The translations under genes were made by a program, and so were the position numbers. Shown here piece by piece: positions 61,130 through 64,000 of a stretch of DNA of 64,000 nucleotides (position 1 is the stretch's first letter; every line of letters starts with the position of its first letter). The notes beneath the pieces were generated by a model. It was given only the letters and a program-made list of their open reading frames with translations, was not told the DNA's origin and did not search any database. The stretch is from positions 13,456 to 77,455 of the forward strand of contig BOYQ01000005.1 in NCBI GenBank assembly GCA_019651595.1, given 5' to 3'. This DNA comes from Candidatus Poseidoniales archaeon. Its GTDB lineage: Archaea > Thermoplasmatota > Poseidoniia > Poseidoniales > Poseidoniaceae.

Positions 61130-62291
61130 ATGGACAACCTTCCGAAGACCTGGGACGACTGGATTGAGAACTTCAAAGCCTGGCAAGACAACGTCGGCTA
61201 CGACCGCGAGTGGATGGGCGATTTCGACCTCTCCATCCAGTTTGACTGGGAGCGAGCGGGCGACGTGATCGAGTTCGGCGACTACGCCGGCCGAGCCAAG
61301 TGGGAGCGCTCCCTCCAAGTGCCCCACCAGAGCATGCGAGACGCTCTCGTCAGCATGATCACCGTTCAGGGCGACACCGAGTTTGCCTCCGTTGAGCAGC
61401 AGCGCCACCTTCTCGCCACCGCACCCACCGACTACGACCGCTACGCAGCGGCCCGCATCATGGCCGAAGAACAGCGCCACGGCTGGCAAATGGCCTACCT
61501 CCTCATGACCTACTTCGGCCAGCAAGGACGACGTGAGGCACAGAAGCTCCTCGAGCGCAACGCACAAGACGGCGACCGATTGCTGGGTGCGTTCAACCGC
61601 CCCATGCCTCACTGGCTGGATTTCTTCTGCTACACCATGTTCGTCGACCGAGACGGCAAGTTCCAACTCGGCATGTTGTCGACCTCAGCGTTCAAGCCCT
61701 TGGCCGCCAGCATGGGCCCCATGCTCAAGGAGGAATCCTTCCACCTGGGCACCGGCTCCAACGGCCTGCGCCGCATCATCAAGGCAGGCGTGATCCCCCC
61801 TTGACATGCTGCAGCGCTACATCAACAAGTGGGTGTCCACCGCGCACGACCTGTTCGGTGTTGACGAGTCCTCCTCCGCTCACTGGGCATACGTCTGGGG
61901 AATCAAGGGACGCTGGGACGAGCGCAAGAAACTCGAGGCCGACGTCGAGGTTTCGAAAGAAAACCTCAACGAAGAAGCACGGCAACACTACCATGAGGAA
62001 ATCGTGGGTGAGGTCAGGAAGCTTTGCGGCTACCTCCCCGAAGGTGCAGCCGATCTCTACGTACCTCACGAAAACTTCCACCGTGAAATTGGCCACTTCA
62101 AGCGCCAGCGCTACACCGTGGAAGGCACCCTCTTCGAAGGCTCCGACGACGAGTGGGACGCCTACATGGCCGCTCACTTGCCCACGGCGCAGGACGAAGA
62201 GGACCTCAAGGAACTCTTCAAGCAACAATGGGTCGCTGAGAAGCCCATGACCGCTCGCCAAATCGCCTCCGGCATTGGCGCCAGCGCCTGA
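61130..62291 (+). CDS. BoxB/PaaA-like diiron aryl-CoA epoxidase (frameshift in the C-run near 61800)
   Basis: QGDTEFASVEQQ, EEQRH, LGAFN, DRDGKFQL and EESFH match the BoxB motif order; continues in ORF 61806-62291. Confidence 0.88.
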
Positions 62292-62309
62292 AGGTCGGAG
62301 TGATCACCG

Positions 62310-62846
62310 ATGATTCCCGTCGCCCTCTACGGCGTCGACGCCGAGATGTGTGAACGCTTCTTCGAAGACCTCCCTGGCCTCGTCACGGACGCCTACGAAG
62401 ACCGCTCGTACATCGAGTCGCTGTACGCCGTCCAAGCCGAGCACTCGATCGAACACATCAGCATCGCCGACCAGTGGGCTGAGCGAACACCCTTTGCTTG
62501 GCCTGAGGACATCGTGAACGAGGTCGAGATGGTGTTGCGAACGACGAACTACCCCGACGTCTCGCTGCTCGAGCACTTGATGACCCTTGACGGAGTCGAT
62601 GCCCAGCGAATCTCGGAATGGATGCACTTCTCGACCAACCTCTTCCCCATCTACTCTGAAAAAGCGTGCCAAACGCTTCAGCGAATGGGCCTCGACACAC
62701 CCTACAAACCCGACGACATCGCCAGCTACGGTCTCTACGTGAACAGGATTGAAGGTCTCAAACTCCACGCCCCAGCCGCAGGACTTCCGGAAATCGGCCT
62801 CCCCCGAACCCGGATGCTGCAGTTGGGCTTGGAGCGATTTGAATGA
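62310..62846 (+). CDS. Hypothetical protein
   Basis: 178-aa ORF with SD-like GGAGTGA; co-oriented in the operon. Confidence 0.75.
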   Translation: MIPVALYGVDAEMCERFFEDLPGLVTDAYEDRSYIESLYAVQAEHSIEHISIADQWAERTPFAWPEDIVNEVEMVLRTTNYPDVSLLEHLMTLDGVDAQRISEWMHFSTNLFPIYSEKACQTLQRMGLDTPYKPDDIASYGLYVNRIEGLKLHAPAAGLPEIGLPRTRMLQLGLERFE

Positions 62847-63766
62847 ACAACGCCAGCATTCACGCAAAGTTGGTCGTCGTCGCCGCGATATGGGGGCTGG
62901 GCTGGCCCGCCGGTCGCGTGGTCGCTACCGAACTGCCGCCCATCGGTGCGGCGTGGATTCGCTACGTTATCGTCGTCCTAATGTTCCTCGCCTACCTCAA
63001 ATGGTCGGACCAGTGGGTGTTACCATCAGCATCACAATGGAAGCAAGTGGCGCTCATCGGCTTGTTTTCGACGTTCATGTACCAGGTCCTGTTCATGTAC
63101 GGTATGGGTTTCACCGCCGCCGGTGATGCTTCACTGATGATCACCCTCAACCCGCTGTTCACCGCGTTCCTTGCCGTCCTGTTCCTGAAAGAACGGATGA
63201 CCTGGCGTCTTCTGGGAGGCCTGATGTTGGCGTTGGCCGGCGTGGCCGTTTTGTTCCTCGCATCGCCCAACACCGACATACCGACCATGGACCGATGGAT
63301 TGGCAACACGTTCATCGCAGGCTCTGCTCTTGCGTGGGCCGCCTCCACCATCGTCATGAAGCGTGTCATGACCCAAACTCCAGAGGATGCTCATGAGCCC
63401 TTGAGCCCACTCCACCTGACGGTGTGGTCTTCCGTGGTGGGGTTACTCATCCTCACGCCGTGGGCGAGTATCGAAGCCCAAAACGCATCGTGGAGCGCAC
63501 CCAGCCTTGAGGCGTGGATGGGCATCGTGTTCTTGGCCGTGTTCTCCACCGTCGTGGCTTATGTTTGGTTTGCTGATGGCATTCGGACGATCGGGGCTGG
63601 ACCGGCGGCCTTCTACGTGTACCTCGTTCCTCCGTTCGGTATTCTGGGCGGCCAACGGTTGTTGGATGAAACCCCGGGGGCATCACTTGCGGTCGCGTTT
63701 GCCCTCATCGTGGGTGGGGTGCTTCTCGCTCAATCCAAACAAACCGCACCCGAGCAAGCATCATGA
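62843..63766 (+). CDS. DMT/EamA family transporter
   Basis: About ten TM helices; IWG, NPLFT..LA.LFLKE and YLVPPFG motifs. Confidence 0.92.
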   Translation: MNNASIHAKLVVVAAIWGLGWPAGRVVATELPPIGAAWIRYVIVVLMFLAYLKWSDQWVLPSASQWKQVALIGLFSTFMYQVLFMYGMGFTAAGDASLMITLNPLFTAFLAVLFLKERMTWRLLGGLMLALAGVAVLFLASPNTDIPTMDRWIGNTFIAGSALAWAASTIVMKRVMTQTPEDAHEPLSPLHLTVWSSVVGLLILTPWASIEAQNASWSAPSLEAWMGIVFLAVFSTVVAYVWFADGIRTIGAGPAAFYVYLVPPFGILGGQRLLDETPGASLAVAFALIVGGVLLAQSKQTAPEQAS

Positions 63767-63788
63767 AGGTCCTTGACCTGCCACGACC

Positions 63789-64000
63789 ATGACCCTTCGT
63801 TGCGTGGCCGTCGTTGGTGCTGGAACGATGGGGGCCGGCATCGCCCAAGTCTGTGCCCAAGCCGGCTGGAAAACCAACCTCTACGACGCGTTTCCCGAAG
63901 GGTTGGAACGCGGCATGGAGCGCATCGCTGCGTTTTGGGAAAAGGGCATCGCCAGAGGAAAAACCACGCCGGACCAGCGCGAGTCGTGGGCGGCCAACCT
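63789..64000 (+). CDS. 3-hydroxyacyl-CoA dehydrogenase, 3'-truncated by the window edge
   Basis: Hand translation: MTLRCVAVVGAGTMGAGIAQVCAQAGWKTNLYD... Confidence 0.9.
   Translation, partial: MTLRCVAVVGAGTMGAGIAQVCAQAGWKTNLYDAFPEGLERGMERIAAFWEKGIARGKTTPDQRESWAAN

Overview
GC-rich (roughly 60%, estimated by eye) archaeal chromosomal segment. The markers are TFS, PCNA, Cdc6/Orc1, CarS, a SelB-like factor, a CoaD-DUF359 fusion and an HTH_10 regulator. Together with large secreted acidic proteins and an S8 protease carrying Ca-binding repeats, they point by inference to Marine Group II (Ca. Poseidoniales). Many genes, including housekeeping ones, are split by single-base indels, most likely uncorrected long-read errors. 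Main highlights: (1) a compact fabI / ~2,900-aa iterative type I PKS-FAS / Sfp-type PPTase operon in an archaeon. The synthase has two catalytically intact KS domains, and its three tandem ACPs all carry Thr rather than Ser at the phosphopantetheine site. (2) An unassigned, highly structured ~290-nt intergenic RNA candidate at 51596-51887. (3) A BoxB-like diiron aryl-CoA epoxidase with a palindromic operator, a regulator and scattered partner enzymes. (4) A degenerate TBP paralogue. (5) ORB-like motifs and an AT-rich candidate replication origin near cdc6. No CRISPR array, rRNA, integrase or transposase was seen.
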